Below, in pieces: positions 9,373 to 17,516 of a DNA stretch of 30,003 nucleotides. The position numbers were made by a program, and so were the translations under genes. This DNA is from Campylobacterota bacterium. Its GTDB lineage: Bacteria > Campylobacterota > Campylobacteria > Campylobacterales > Sulfurovaceae. The DNA is taken from NCBI GenBank assembly GCA_034722955.1, contig JAYEOM010000129.1, positions 1-30,003 on the forward strand, written 5' to 3'. The notes under the pieces were generated by a model that saw nothing but the letters and a program-made list of their open reading frames with translations, ran no database searches and was not told where the DNA came from. The first letter of the stretch is position 1. Each line of letters begins with the position of its first letter.

Positions 9373-11118
9373 ATGAAAAAGTTCTTAAGTGTTCTATCTG
9401 CTGTTGTACTACTTGGCACCACTGCACTGTATGCCTGCACCACAATGATCATCACAAAGGGTGCTAGTAAAGATGGCTCAGTTTTTGTCGCACACTCGGA
9501 TGATAGTGAAATGTTTGACAACCGTCTTGTTCGCATCCCTGCTGCTGATCACGCCCCAGGATCAATGCGTCCTGTCTATTATGATGCATCTGCACTAGGA
9601 GACAGACCCAAATACAATGCCAATACACTTAGGCGTTATATAGGTACACATAGAGGCGATATCTATGTAGATAGAGATAAGCCCCAAAGCATTCCACTAG
9701 GTTTCATCCCCCAGGTAGCCCACACCTATGCCTACTTCGACGGTAGCTACGGTATGATGAATGAACATCAACTTATGTTTGGTGAAGCTACCAATGCTGC
9801 TAAACTTACAGTAGAGCCCAAGCCGGGCAAGCTTATATTTTATAGTGCTGAACTCTCCCGTGTAGCACTAGAGAGAACCAAGACAGCTAGAGAGGCTATC
9901 AAGCTTATCGGTGAACTGATAGATACCTATGGATACTACGGTACAGGAGAGACTCTCCCTGTTGCAGATAAAAATGAAGGCTGGGTGATCGAGATGGCTC
10001 CCAGCCCTGAAGGCAAAGGCGGTCTTTGGGTTGCCAAGAGAGTTCCAGATGGAGAGATCTTTGTCTCTGCCAATGAGTTCAGGATCAGAGAGGTTGATAC
10101 TAATGATCCCGATACTCTACATAGCAAAGATCTGCATAAAATTGCAAAGAGGCATGGGTGGTGGGATCCAGATAGAGGTGAATTTGATTGGCTTAGAGCT
10201 GTCAGTTTTGGAGGAGAGGCTCTTCACCCCTATGCTACACTGAGAAGGATATGGAGACTCCAGTCAAAAATAGCACCCTCCCTAGATCTATCTCCATGGG
10301 CAAAAGATGGGTTCACGAGACAATATCCATTTTCCATCAAACCAGATAAAAAATTGAATGTTCTTGGTGTGATCGATCTATACCGTGACTACTATCAAGG
10401 AACCCAGTTTGATCAATCCAAGGGTATCACAGCAGGTCCATTCGGCAATCCCTACCGATATCAGGTTCATGCCCACTCCAGTGATGGTACAGCTGAGGGA
10501 AATGCCAAGCTCAAAGGTGCATGGGAGAGAACTCTCTCCATCTACAGGAGTGGCTACACTTTTGTCCTCCAGGCTAGAGATTGGCTGCCTGATCCTATAG
10601 GCGGTGTTTTGTGGTTTGGGCCAGATGAGGCTATGAGTACGGTTATCACTCCATTTTATGTGGGTGTTGATTCGATAGCTGAGCCTTACTATACTGGCTT
10701 TAGTGACAAGTTTGACCAGCAGAGTGCTTGGTGGGCATTTAACTTTGTAGCCAACTGGGCAGCTCTCAAGTATAGCTATATCATCAAAGATATCAAAGAG
10801 AAGCAGAGTGAGTTGGAGTTAGCAGAGGTAGAGAGTCTCAAGATCATGGATAGAGAGGCACTCAAAGTATACAAAGAGGATCCCATAAAAGCCAAGCAGA
10901 TGCTAACAGAGTACTCCAAGACCCAAGCCAATAGAGTAGTCAAAGAGTGGTGGGAACTTGCTTGGAAGCTGGTAGCCAAATATAGTGATGGCTATGTAAA
11001 TGAACCCGGCAAGATGGCACAGGAGGTTGGCTATCCTAAAGAGTGGTATGATAGATCAGAGTGGAAAAATGGTCCAACCAAGTATGAGAAACCCAAAGTA
11101 GTTCATCCGGGGGATTGA
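9373..11118 (+). CDS. Secreted peptidase family C69 (dipeptidase A/secernin-like Ntn hydrolase)
   Basis: Signal peptide directly followed by catalytic CT, then ASKDGS, MNEHQL..GE, ALER..TAREAI, D..EGWVIE and SAWWAFN motifs. Confidence 0.88.
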   Translation: MKKFLSVLSAVVLLGTTALYACTTMIITKGASKDGSVFVAHSDDSEMFDNRLVRIPAADHAPGSMRPVYYDASALGDRPKYNANTLRRYIGTHRGDIYVDRDKPQSIPLGFIPQVAHTYAYFDGSYGMMNEHQLMFGEATNAAKLTVEPKPGKLIFYSAELSRVALERTKTAREAIKLIGELIDTYGYYGTGETLPVADKNEGWVIEMAPSPEGKGGLWVAKRVPDGEIFVSANEFRIREVDTNDPDTLHSKDLHKIAKRHGWWDPDRGEFDWLRAVSFGGEALHPYATLRRIWRLQSKIAPSLDLSPWAKDGFTRQYPFSIKPDKKLNVLGVIDLYRDYYQGTQFDQSKGITAGPFGNPYRYQVHAHSSDGTAEGNAKLKGAWERTLSIYRSGYTFVLQARDWLPDPIGGVLWFGPDEAMSTVITPFYVGVDSIAEPYYTGFSDKFDQQSAWWAFNFVANWAALKYSYIIKDIKEKQSELELAEVESLKIMDREALKVYKEDPIKAKQMLTEYSKTQANRVVKEWWELAWKLVAKYSDGYVNEPGKMAQEVGYPKEWYDRSEWKNGPTKYEKPKVVHPGD

Positions 11119-11145
11119 GTGCCTCAATAGTTAGAAAATGGAGGA

Positions 11146-11180
11146 GCAGAGAGTAGTTATAGAAATAGTACTCTCTCTGC
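11146..11180. terminator. Imperfect hairpin between convergent genes
   Basis: GCAGAGAGTA ... TACTCTCTCTGC. Confidence 0.4.
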
Positions 11181-11192
11181 AAGTAAAAATCT

Positions 11193-11507
11193 CTAAAAAC
11201 TATATGTTAAGCCTATGTTCACAATATCGATCGTATCATCAAAGTTTAGAGCATGACCTCTTGGAGTCACATAATCAGTAGTATCGTCATACATTCTAGT
11301 ATAGTCAACAAAGATAGATATATTTTCGGTAAAAGCGTAAGATACTCCCAGTCCCCAAGTGAAACCGTCAAAAGAGATCGCAAGTGAACCTTTTATGCCA
11401 TCGTGTGTTGTCGTAACATCATACTCTGTAGAACCATATCCAAGCAGTGCATATAGATCGAGTGCATCTGTGACAGGATACATTGGCTTGAGATAAACAC
11501 ACAAATA
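11193..11507 (-). pseudogene. C-terminal half of an OmpA-like 8-strand beta-barrel outer-membrane protein; 5' half missing
   Basis: YLKPMYPV...DLYALLGYG, FTWGLGVSY, IFVDYTRMYD and C-terminal NIGLTYSF. No signal peptide. An in-frame TAA lies at 11513-11511 inside the adjacent hairpin element. Confidence 0.75.
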
Positions 11508-11630
11508 GCTTTATGAGGTTTTTCATAGACAAGGCAATCGTTTGAAGTACTAGCCTTGGCTAATTGCCCGCAGGAAATGCCCTTGGGGTACAAAAACGAT
11601 TAACGAAGTATATGGGAAACCTCATAAAGC
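11508..11630. mobile_element. 123-bp non-coding hairpin element with 20-bp terminal inverted repeats (MITE-like)
   Basis: GCTTTATGAGGTTTTTCATA (11508-11527) vs TATGGGAAACCTCATAAAGC (11611-11630), 18/20 complementary. Nested inner pairs AATCGTTT/AAACGATT and GTAC/GTAC. Confidence 0.65.
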
Positions 11631-11718
11631 CCGTAGGGAAGTCACCAAGAGGGCAATCTTCACAAAATATAATTCTCCAATTAGCTATGGAAGGTTCCAA
11701 ACCTAAAATAGTGCTATT

Positions 11719-12051
11719 TTACTCCTTGGGGTGTTGCAGCTCGCTAAGGAAACTCTCTAGGGAGTATTTTTGTCTATACTCTGGCGTCATGATATGGATG
11801 AGTATATCTCCTAAGTCAGCTACGACCCAGTCACTGCTCTCATCAACTCCCAAAAACTCCTCTCCATGCGGTTTGAGTTCATTTTTGAGGTGATCATAGA
11901 GTGCCTCTGTATGTTTGCCTCCTAGTGAGTTGGCTATGATAACTCTCTTGGCGATATAGTCTATATTGTCGAGATCAAATACTTCGATCTCTTCAGCTTT
12001 TTTATTGTCTAATTGGGTGATGATCCTCTCTACTCTCTCATCGATGGTCAT
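11719..12051 (-). CDS. rsfS: Ribosome silencing factor
   Basis: LDNKKAEEI, DWVVADLGDILIHIM and R.KYSLE motifs; overlaps the end of nadD. Confidence 0.93.
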   Translation of the reverse strand: MTIDERVERIITQLDNKKAEEIEVFDLDNIDYIAKRVIIANSLGGKHTEALYDHLKNELKPHGEEFLGVDESSDWVVADLGDILIHIMTPEYRQKYSLESFLSELQHPKE

Positions 12052-12601
12052 AATGTTCTCTCCTTTTTAGTAATATATCTACCTCTTTTTTGATACGCTT
12101 ATCTATCATTTTGAGGTCACCTCCCTCCCTGATACCTGTCGAACTGATAGGTATATCTATCTTGAGAGGTATCCAGTTTTGGAGCATTTGAGTATCTTTT
12201 TGATCTCCTCTCCTCTCTGCTATAACCCAGGTGAGATGGCTGTTGATCCACTCAAACTCATGCCATCTTGTGATCGATGCCAAATTGTCTGACCCTATGA
12301 TAATGTAGCGTATATCATACTGTTTGCCAAGGTGTCTAAGACTCTCGCTAGTATAAGTAGCTCTTCCCAAACTGATCTCAAAATTACTGACTATCACATC
12401 TGCGATAGGGTCAAATAGTCTATGGCACCACTCCAGTCTCTGCTTGGCGGAAGCTAGTGAATGCTCTTTGAATGGATTCAAAAAAGCAGGCAGTATGATC
12501 AGCTTGTCAATGTCCAGCACCTTTATGGCTCTCTGAACAATATACTGATGCCCTTTGTGAGGGGGATCAAAACTACCACCAAAGATCGCAACTTTAATCA
12601 A
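12038..12601 (-). CDS. nadD: Nicotinate-nucleotide adenylyltransferase
   Basis: GGSFDPPHKGH, IIGSD and ISST motifs. Confidence 0.94.
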   Translation of the reverse strand: MIKVAIFGGSFDPPHKGHQYIVQRAIKVLDIDKLIILPAFLNPFKEHSLASAKQRLEWCHRLFDPIADVIVSNFEISLGRATYTSESLRHLGKQYDIRYIIIGSDNLASITRWHEFEWINSHLTWVIAERRGDQKDTQMLQNWIPLKIDIPISSTGIREGGDLKMIDKRIKKEVDILLKRREHYDHR

Positions 12602-12745
12602 AGAGTAACCTCACTTGCAGTAAAATATTATAGAATTTTAACATAAGAGACCTTGAAGGTGACTAGGTGTATCAATGATGTATCGTGTTTGATAGAGAGG
12701 TCTTGGTCTGCTAAAATTATATATACAACAAAAGAGAGGATTTCT

Positions 12746-13942
12746 ATGCGTACAATCAAAGATCTGGATATCGATGATAAAAGAGTGTTTATCCGTTGTG
12801 ATTTCAATGTTCCACAAGATGAGTTTGGTAATATTACTGATGATAGGCGTATTCGAGCTGCACTACAGACTATTCGCTACTGTATTGATAGAAATTGCAA
12901 AGTTATATTGGCTTCACACGCAGGCAGACCCAAGGGAGATGGTTATGAAGAGAAGTACTCTCTCAAAGTTGTAGAGAAACGACTCAACACACTGCTCAAG
13001 ATCAAAAAAGCACTCTATATAGCAGATGATGTAGTAGGACCAGATGCCAAAGCCAAAGCCGCTGCTCTGCAGCCAGGCGAGGTACTGCTGTTGGAAAATC
13101 TGCGTTTTGAAGCGGGAGAGACAGAGAATGATGCAGAGTTTGCCAAAGAGCTTGCTGACTATGCTGACTTTTATGTCAATGATGCTTTCGGTGCCTGCCA
13201 TAGAAAACATGCCTCTATCTATGCTATTACTGACTCTTTTGACAGGGATCATAGAGCGGCAGGATTTTTGATGAGTAAAGAGGTTAACTTCTTTGGCAAG
13301 GTTATAGAAAACCCAAGTAGACCTCTCGTTGCTGTTGTTGGAGGCAGCAAGGTATCAGGTAAGCTTCAGGCGTTGACTAGTTTGATCCAAAAGGTTGACA
13401 AAGTTATTATCGGTGGCGGTATGGCATTTACCTTTTTGAAGGCACAGGGCTATGAGATCGGTAACTCTCTTGTAGAGAATGATCTCCTCGATGAAGCGAG
13501 AGCTATCATGTATAAAGCAAAAAAGAGAAAAGTAAAATTCTATCTGCCTGTTGATGTGGTTGTGGCACCTGAGTTTGCCGAGGATAGTATCACCAAATAT
13601 CTACCTTCGCAAGAGATTCCTGAGGATTGGATGGGGCTGGATATCGGACCGGCTAGTTCGAGACTCTTCCGTGAAGCACTCAATGATGCTCAAACTATCA
13701 TCTGGAATGGTCCTATGGGGGTCTATGAGATGGATAAGTTCTCCAAGGGAAGTATGATGATGTCTCACCATATAGCAGAGTCACATGCAACAACTATCGT
13801 AGGTGGTGGAGATACTGCTGATGTGGCACAGAGAGCTGGAGATGTTGACGAGATGACCTTTGTCAGTACTGGCGGTGGTGCTAGCTTGGAGTTGATAGAG
13901 GGAAAAGTACTGCCTGGTTTGGAAGCACTGGAAAAAGCGTAA
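12746..13942 (+). CDS. pgk: Phosphoglycerate kinase
   Basis: RCDFNVP, SHAGRP, LLENLRF, NDAFG, GGGDT and STGGGASLE motifs. ATG at 12746 with GAGG RBS and TGCTAAAAT upstream. Confidence 0.98.
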   Translation: MRTIKDLDIDDKRVFIRCDFNVPQDEFGNITDDRRIRAALQTIRYCIDRNCKVILASHAGRPKGDGYEEKYSLKVVEKRLNTLLKIKKALYIADDVVGPDAKAKAAALQPGEVLLLENLRFEAGETENDAEFAKELADYADFYVNDAFGACHRKHASIYAITDSFDRDHRAAGFLMSKEVNFFGKVIENPSRPLVAVVGGSKVSGKLQALTSLIQKVDKVIIGGGMAFTFLKAQGYEIGNSLVENDLLDEARAIMYKAKKRKVKFYLPVDVVVAPEFAEDSITKYLPSQEIPEDWMGLDIGPASSRLFREALNDAQTIIWNGPMGVYEMDKFSKGSMMMSHHIAESHATTIVGGGDTADVAQRAGDVDEMTFVSTGGGASLELIEGKVLPGLEALEKA

Positions 13943-14029
13943 AGAGTCTAACTGAGCAGATAAGCCCCTGCTCTATAATCCCGAATTTGAGATAATAGAA
14001 AAAACAATAAATATTAAGGATACCAAAGA

Positions 14030-14719
14030 ATGATCTTTGCAGCAAATTTCAAAACAAACCACACTAGAAAAACTACTCAAAAGTATATTCAGATCCTAAA
14101 CCAGATGATAGAGACAGCACCAACATCAAATGATATCTATCTCTTCCCTCCAGCTACAGCACTAGATAGCTATGAAACCAGTGCTACAGTAGGTACGCAA
14201 AATGCTTACCCTGCTCTCAATGGAGCATTTACCGGAGAGATAGGTATAGAGCAGCTAGATGAGTTTGGGATCAAGACGATTTTGGTAGGACATAGTGAAC
14301 GGCGAGAGTATGCACATGAGACACAAGAGATAGTTGCTAAGAAGTTCTCCTACTTTAAAGAGAATAACTTTGAGATCATCTACTGTATCGGAGAGCCACT
14401 AGAGATCAGAGAGCAGGGAGACCAAGCCGTGATGGAGTATCTCTTGGCACAGTTCGAGGGGATCGATACCACTTATGATAAGTTGATCATAGCTTATGAG
14501 CCGATCTGGGCTATCGGCACTGGACGGAGTGCAACTGTTGAGGAGATCACTTCAACTCACAAAGCCTTGAGGCACTCTGTAGAGAGACCTATACTCTATG
14601 GCGGAAGTGCCAAACCTGCAAATATCAAAGAGATACTCTCCATAGATAATGTTGATGGTGTTCTAGTGGGAAGTGCATCTTTGGATCCAGAGAACTTCTA
14701 CTCTATGATCACTGCGTAA
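14030..14719 (+). CDS. tpiA: Triosephosphate isomerase
   Basis: AANFK, GAFTGE, GHSERR, AYEPIWAIGTG, LYGGS and GVLVGSASL motifs. Confidence 0.98.
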   Translation: MIFAANFKTNHTRKTTQKYIQILNQMIETAPTSNDIYLFPPATALDSYETSATVGTQNAYPALNGAFTGEIGIEQLDEFGIKTILVGHSERREYAHETQEIVAKKFSYFKENNFEIIYCIGEPLEIREQGDQAVMEYLLAQFEGIDTTYDKLIIAYEPIWAIGTGRSATVEEITSTHKALRHSVERPILYGGSAKPANIKEILSIDNVDGVLVGSASLDPENFYSMITA

Positions 14720-14723
14720 AAAA

Positions 14724-14742
14724 GGCGGATATACTCTCCGCC
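14724..14742. terminator. GC-rich hairpin after tpiA
   Basis: GGCGGA-TATACTC-TCCGCC, preceded by an A-run. Confidence 0.55.
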
Positions 14743-14805
14743 ATCTCCAAATTACCTAAAAATTAACCATACAATACTGTTAACCATTGTATACTTCTCT
14801 TATAG

Positions 14806-14858
14806 ACCCAAAATATGCAATAGAGATTACTAAACTAGCATCTATCATTGCACCTAGT
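14806..14858. repeat. Palindromic intergenic repeat family, copy B
   Basis: ACCCAAAATATGCAATAGAGATTACTAAACTAGCATCTATCATTGCA matches the reverse complement of copy A at 42/47. Confidence 0.75.
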
Positions 14859-14948
14859 GTATTTGCGAGAAAATCATCGATTAACCTTTTGGTTAACCTT
14901 AGATTTTTCACAAACACCTCAGGCACAAGTTAAAACAGAAGGAAAAGC

Positions 14949-15644
14949 ATGAAGTTAAAAAAAATGAGTCTTTTCGTGGCACTATCTGTAAGTGCTGTAG
15001 TTATAGACGGGAATGCAGAATCAATACCGGCAGAAGTTGCACCTATAGCTGAAGAGAAATCTGATCTGAGTGTCAGTGCAAACTTGGCGATTGCAAGTAA
15101 CTATATCTGGAGAGGCATGAGTCAAAGCAAAGACAGCCCAGCAGTTCAAGGTGGAGTCGATATCGAATATAGAGGATTTTATCTCGGTACATGGGGCTCC
15201 AATGTAGATTTTGGTGTCAATGATGACAACTCTCTGGAGGCAGACTTCTATGCAGGCTACAAAGCTGAATTGGCAAGTATTGGATTTGACATAGGTATTG
15301 TCCAGTATGCTTTTCCAAATGCACTAGATGCATATAACTCCAAAGAGGCTTACCTAGGGATCAGCGAAGATTTCGATATGTTTGGACTCTCGGCGAAATA
15401 TTCATGGGGCTTGGATGATGCACCTGATGATTGGAATATCGGTGCATCGGTAAAGTTGCCGATAGAGATAGGACTGGAAGGTACATATGGTGATTATGAG
15501 ACAGCAGGCAGCTATTATGTATTGGCAGTTACTAGATCATTTGGCAAATTTGACTTTAATGTTGGGTATACAGACTTTACTTCCGATGAAGATACCACAC
15601 TTGATGAAGATCATATTGTAGCTTCAGTCAGTACAAGCTTTTAA
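14949..15644 (+). CDS. TorF/TIGR02001 (Gcw_chp) family putative porin, copy 1
   Basis: Signal peptide, SNYIWRGMSQ...PAVQGG.D...GFYLGTWGSNVDF...LEADFYAGY motif and C-terminal Phe. Confidence 0.88.
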   Translation: MKLKKMSLFVALSVSAVVIDGNAESIPAEVAPIAEEKSDLSVSANLAIASNYIWRGMSQSKDSPAVQGGVDIEYRGFYLGTWGSNVDFGVNDDNSLEADFYAGYKAELASIGFDIGIVQYAFPNALDAYNSKEAYLGISEDFDMFGLSAKYSWGLDDAPDDWNIGASVKLPIEIGLEGTYGDYETAGSYYVLAVTRSFGKFDFNVGYTDFTSDEDTTLDEDHIVASVSTSF

Positions 15645-15773
15645 CTGATTAAAATATAGGGCAATCTCCAAATTGCCTAAATATTAACCATAGAGTACTA
15701 TTTACCATCCGTTAACTATTGTATACTTCTCTTATCAATCGTTTTGATAAAAGCGTAAAACAGAAGGAAGAGT

Positions 15774-16469
15774 ATGAAATTAACAAAAATGAGTCTTATC
15801 GCCGCACTATCTATAAGTGCTGCAGTTGCAGGTAGTAGTGTAGAGTCGATACCGACAGAGGTTACACCTATAGCTGAAGAGAAGTCTGACCTGAGTATCA
15901 GTGCAAACTTGGCAATCACAAGTAACTATGTCTGGAGGGGTATGAGTCAAAGCAAAGACAGCCCAGCAGTTCAAGGTGGAGTCGATATCGAATATAGAGG
16001 ATTTTATCTCGGTACATGGGGCTCCAATGTAGATTTTGGTGCTAATGATGGCAACTCTCTGGAAGCAGACTTCTATGCAGGTTACAAGGCTGAATTGGCA
16101 GGTATTGGATTTGATGTCGGTATTATTCAGTATGCTTATCCAAATGAGTCAGATGCATATAACTTTGAAGAGGTTTATATAGGAGTCAGTAAAGATTTCG
16201 ATATGTTTGGACTCTCGGCGAAATATTCATGGGGCTTGGATGATGCACCTGATGATTGGAATATCGGTGCATCGGTAAAGTTGCCGATGGAGATAGGACT
16301 GGAGGGTACATATGGTGAATATGATACAGCAGGCAACTATTATGTCGTAGCAGTTACTAGATCATTTGGCAAATTTGACTTTAGCGTTGGGTACACAGAC
16401 TTTAGTTCTGATGTAGATAGTACACTTGATGAGGATCACATTGTAGCTTCAGTCAGTACAAGCTTTTAA
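15774..16469 (+). CDS. TorF/TIGR02001 (Gcw_chp) family putative porin, copy 2
   Basis: Same motifs as copy 1; paralog of identical length. Confidence 0.88.
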   Translation: MKLTKMSLIAALSISAAVAGSSVESIPTEVTPIAEEKSDLSISANLAITSNYVWRGMSQSKDSPAVQGGVDIEYRGFYLGTWGSNVDFGANDGNSLEADFYAGYKAELAGIGFDVGIIQYAYPNESDAYNFEEVYIGVSKDFDMFGLSAKYSWGLDDAPDDWNIGASVKLPMEIGLEGTYGEYDTAGNYYVVAVTRSFGKFDFSVGYTDFSSDVDSTLDEDHIVASVSTSF

Positions 16470-16491
16470 CTGATACTACACACTAAAATAT

Positions 16492-16519
16492 AGGGCAATC
16501 TTCTATGATTGCTCTTTTT
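16492..16519 (+). terminator. Intrinsic terminator after porin copy 2
   Basis: AGGGCAATC-TTCTAT-GATTGCTCT followed by a T-run. Confidence 0.6.
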
Positions 16520-16553
16520 GCTTCCTCTTTCATAAATTCTGCTATAATTTTCT

Positions 16554-17516
16554 ATGCCAAAACTCATACTTAAAAAACTATCCTATATTGTTATGATGCT
16601 TCTGTTGATATCGCTTATCTCATTTTTTATGATTCATCTGGCACCCAATAGCTTTTTCGCGGCAGGTGGTCTCAACCCCAATATAACCCCCGAATCTATA
16701 GAGCATCTAAAATCAGTTTATGGCTTAGATAAGCCGGTTACTACTCAGTATCTGTTGTGGCTCAAGGCTCTGTTGCATTTGGATTTTGGACTCTCTTTTG
16801 CGAGTGGTCAGAGTGTACTCTCTGAGATTGGATCTCGTATAGGGATTACTCTAGGGATGAATCTGATAGCTATGGTATTTGTCTTTTGGATTGCCATTAG
16901 GTGGGGAGTAAAGTCAGCGATGAGAGGAGGACGATATGAAGAGAGTATCAAGCAGGCATCTCTCTTGAGTTATGCGATGCCATCTTTCTATCTAGCACTA
17001 CTGCTGGTACTTCTATTTGCTTTGAAGCTGGATCTATTTCCTATCAGCGGACTAGAGGGTTTTGAGCCTAGAGAGGGCGTATGGCACTATCTGGATATCG
17101 CTTATCATCTAGTGCTTCCTGTCTCTGTGATGACATTTGTGGGGTTTGGCTCTCTTCTGCTCTATATCCGATCGCTTACGCGTGATATCCTTAAAAGCGA
17201 CTATATATTTTTTGCCAAAGCTAGAGGCGTAAAGGAGAGAGAGTTGAAAAAAATCTATATCTATCCCAACCTGAAGCCATTTGTCGTAACGATACTGGGA
17301 CTGTCGCTACCTGGACTGCTGGGAGGGTCTGTGATACTGGAGCAGATTTTCTCTATCGATGGGATGGGGCTTCTATTTTATCAAAGTGCATTGAGTAGAG
17401 ACTATCCCGTGATCATGGGGATATTGATAATCGGTGCATTTTTGACACTGCTGGGCAATATAGTTGCGGATTTGGTACTTCTAAAGATCAGTCCGCACTA
17501 CAATAGGTCTACTTAA
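16554..17516 (+). CDS. Peptide/nickel ABC transporter permease (DppB/OppB family)
   Basis: YGLDKP...QY..WL...LHLDFG.SF, DYIFFAKARG (EAA-loop region), GGSVILEQIF..DGMG and RDYPV motifs. Confidence 0.92.
   Translation: MPKLILKKLSYIVMMLLLISLISFFMIHLAPNSFFAAGGLNPNITPESIEHLKSVYGLDKPVTTQYLLWLKALLHLDFGLSFASGQSVLSEIGSRIGITLGMNLIAMVFVFWIAIRWGVKSAMRGGRYEESIKQASLLSYAMPSFYLALLLVLLFALKLDLFPISGLEGFEPREGVWHYLDIAYHLVLPVSVMTFVGFGSLLLYIRSLTRDILKSDYIFFAKARGVKERELKKIYIYPNLKPFVVTILGLSLPGLLGGSVILEQIFSIDGMGLLFYQSALSRDYPVIMGILIIGAFLTLLGNIVADLVLLKISPHYNRST

Larger units (their letters stand above)
14743..16501 (+). repeat. Tandem duplication of upstream region plus porin gene (units ~14743-15667 and ~15664-16501)
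   Basis: Upstream blocks 14743-14803 and 15664-15735 align, both CDSs are 231 aa and colinear, and both are followed by AAAATATAGGGCAATCT. Confidence 0.9.

Noticed and set aside
11508..11630. Integron attC site
   Set aside because: No RYYYAAC/GTTRRRY ends, and the only recombinase in the window lacks the IntI-specific insertion.
11393..11893. ORFs 11393-11593 (-) and 11564-11893 (+)
   Set aside because: They run through the hairpin element, and overlap the porin fragment or lie antisense to rsfS. No recognisable motifs.
13976..13996. TAATCCCGAATTTG as another repeat copy
   Set aside because: Only the first few bases resemble the repeat end; the core and the opposite arm are absent.
14881..14896. 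TTAAC...GTTAA as an NssR (Crp/Fnr-type) box
   Set aside because: The spacer is 6 nt rather than the 4 nt of the TTAAC-N4-GTTAA consensus.
14864..14930. Glycine riboswitch (CCTCAGGCAC resembles the CTCTCAGG end)
   Set aside because: The conserved GGAGA and CCGAAG elements are not present.
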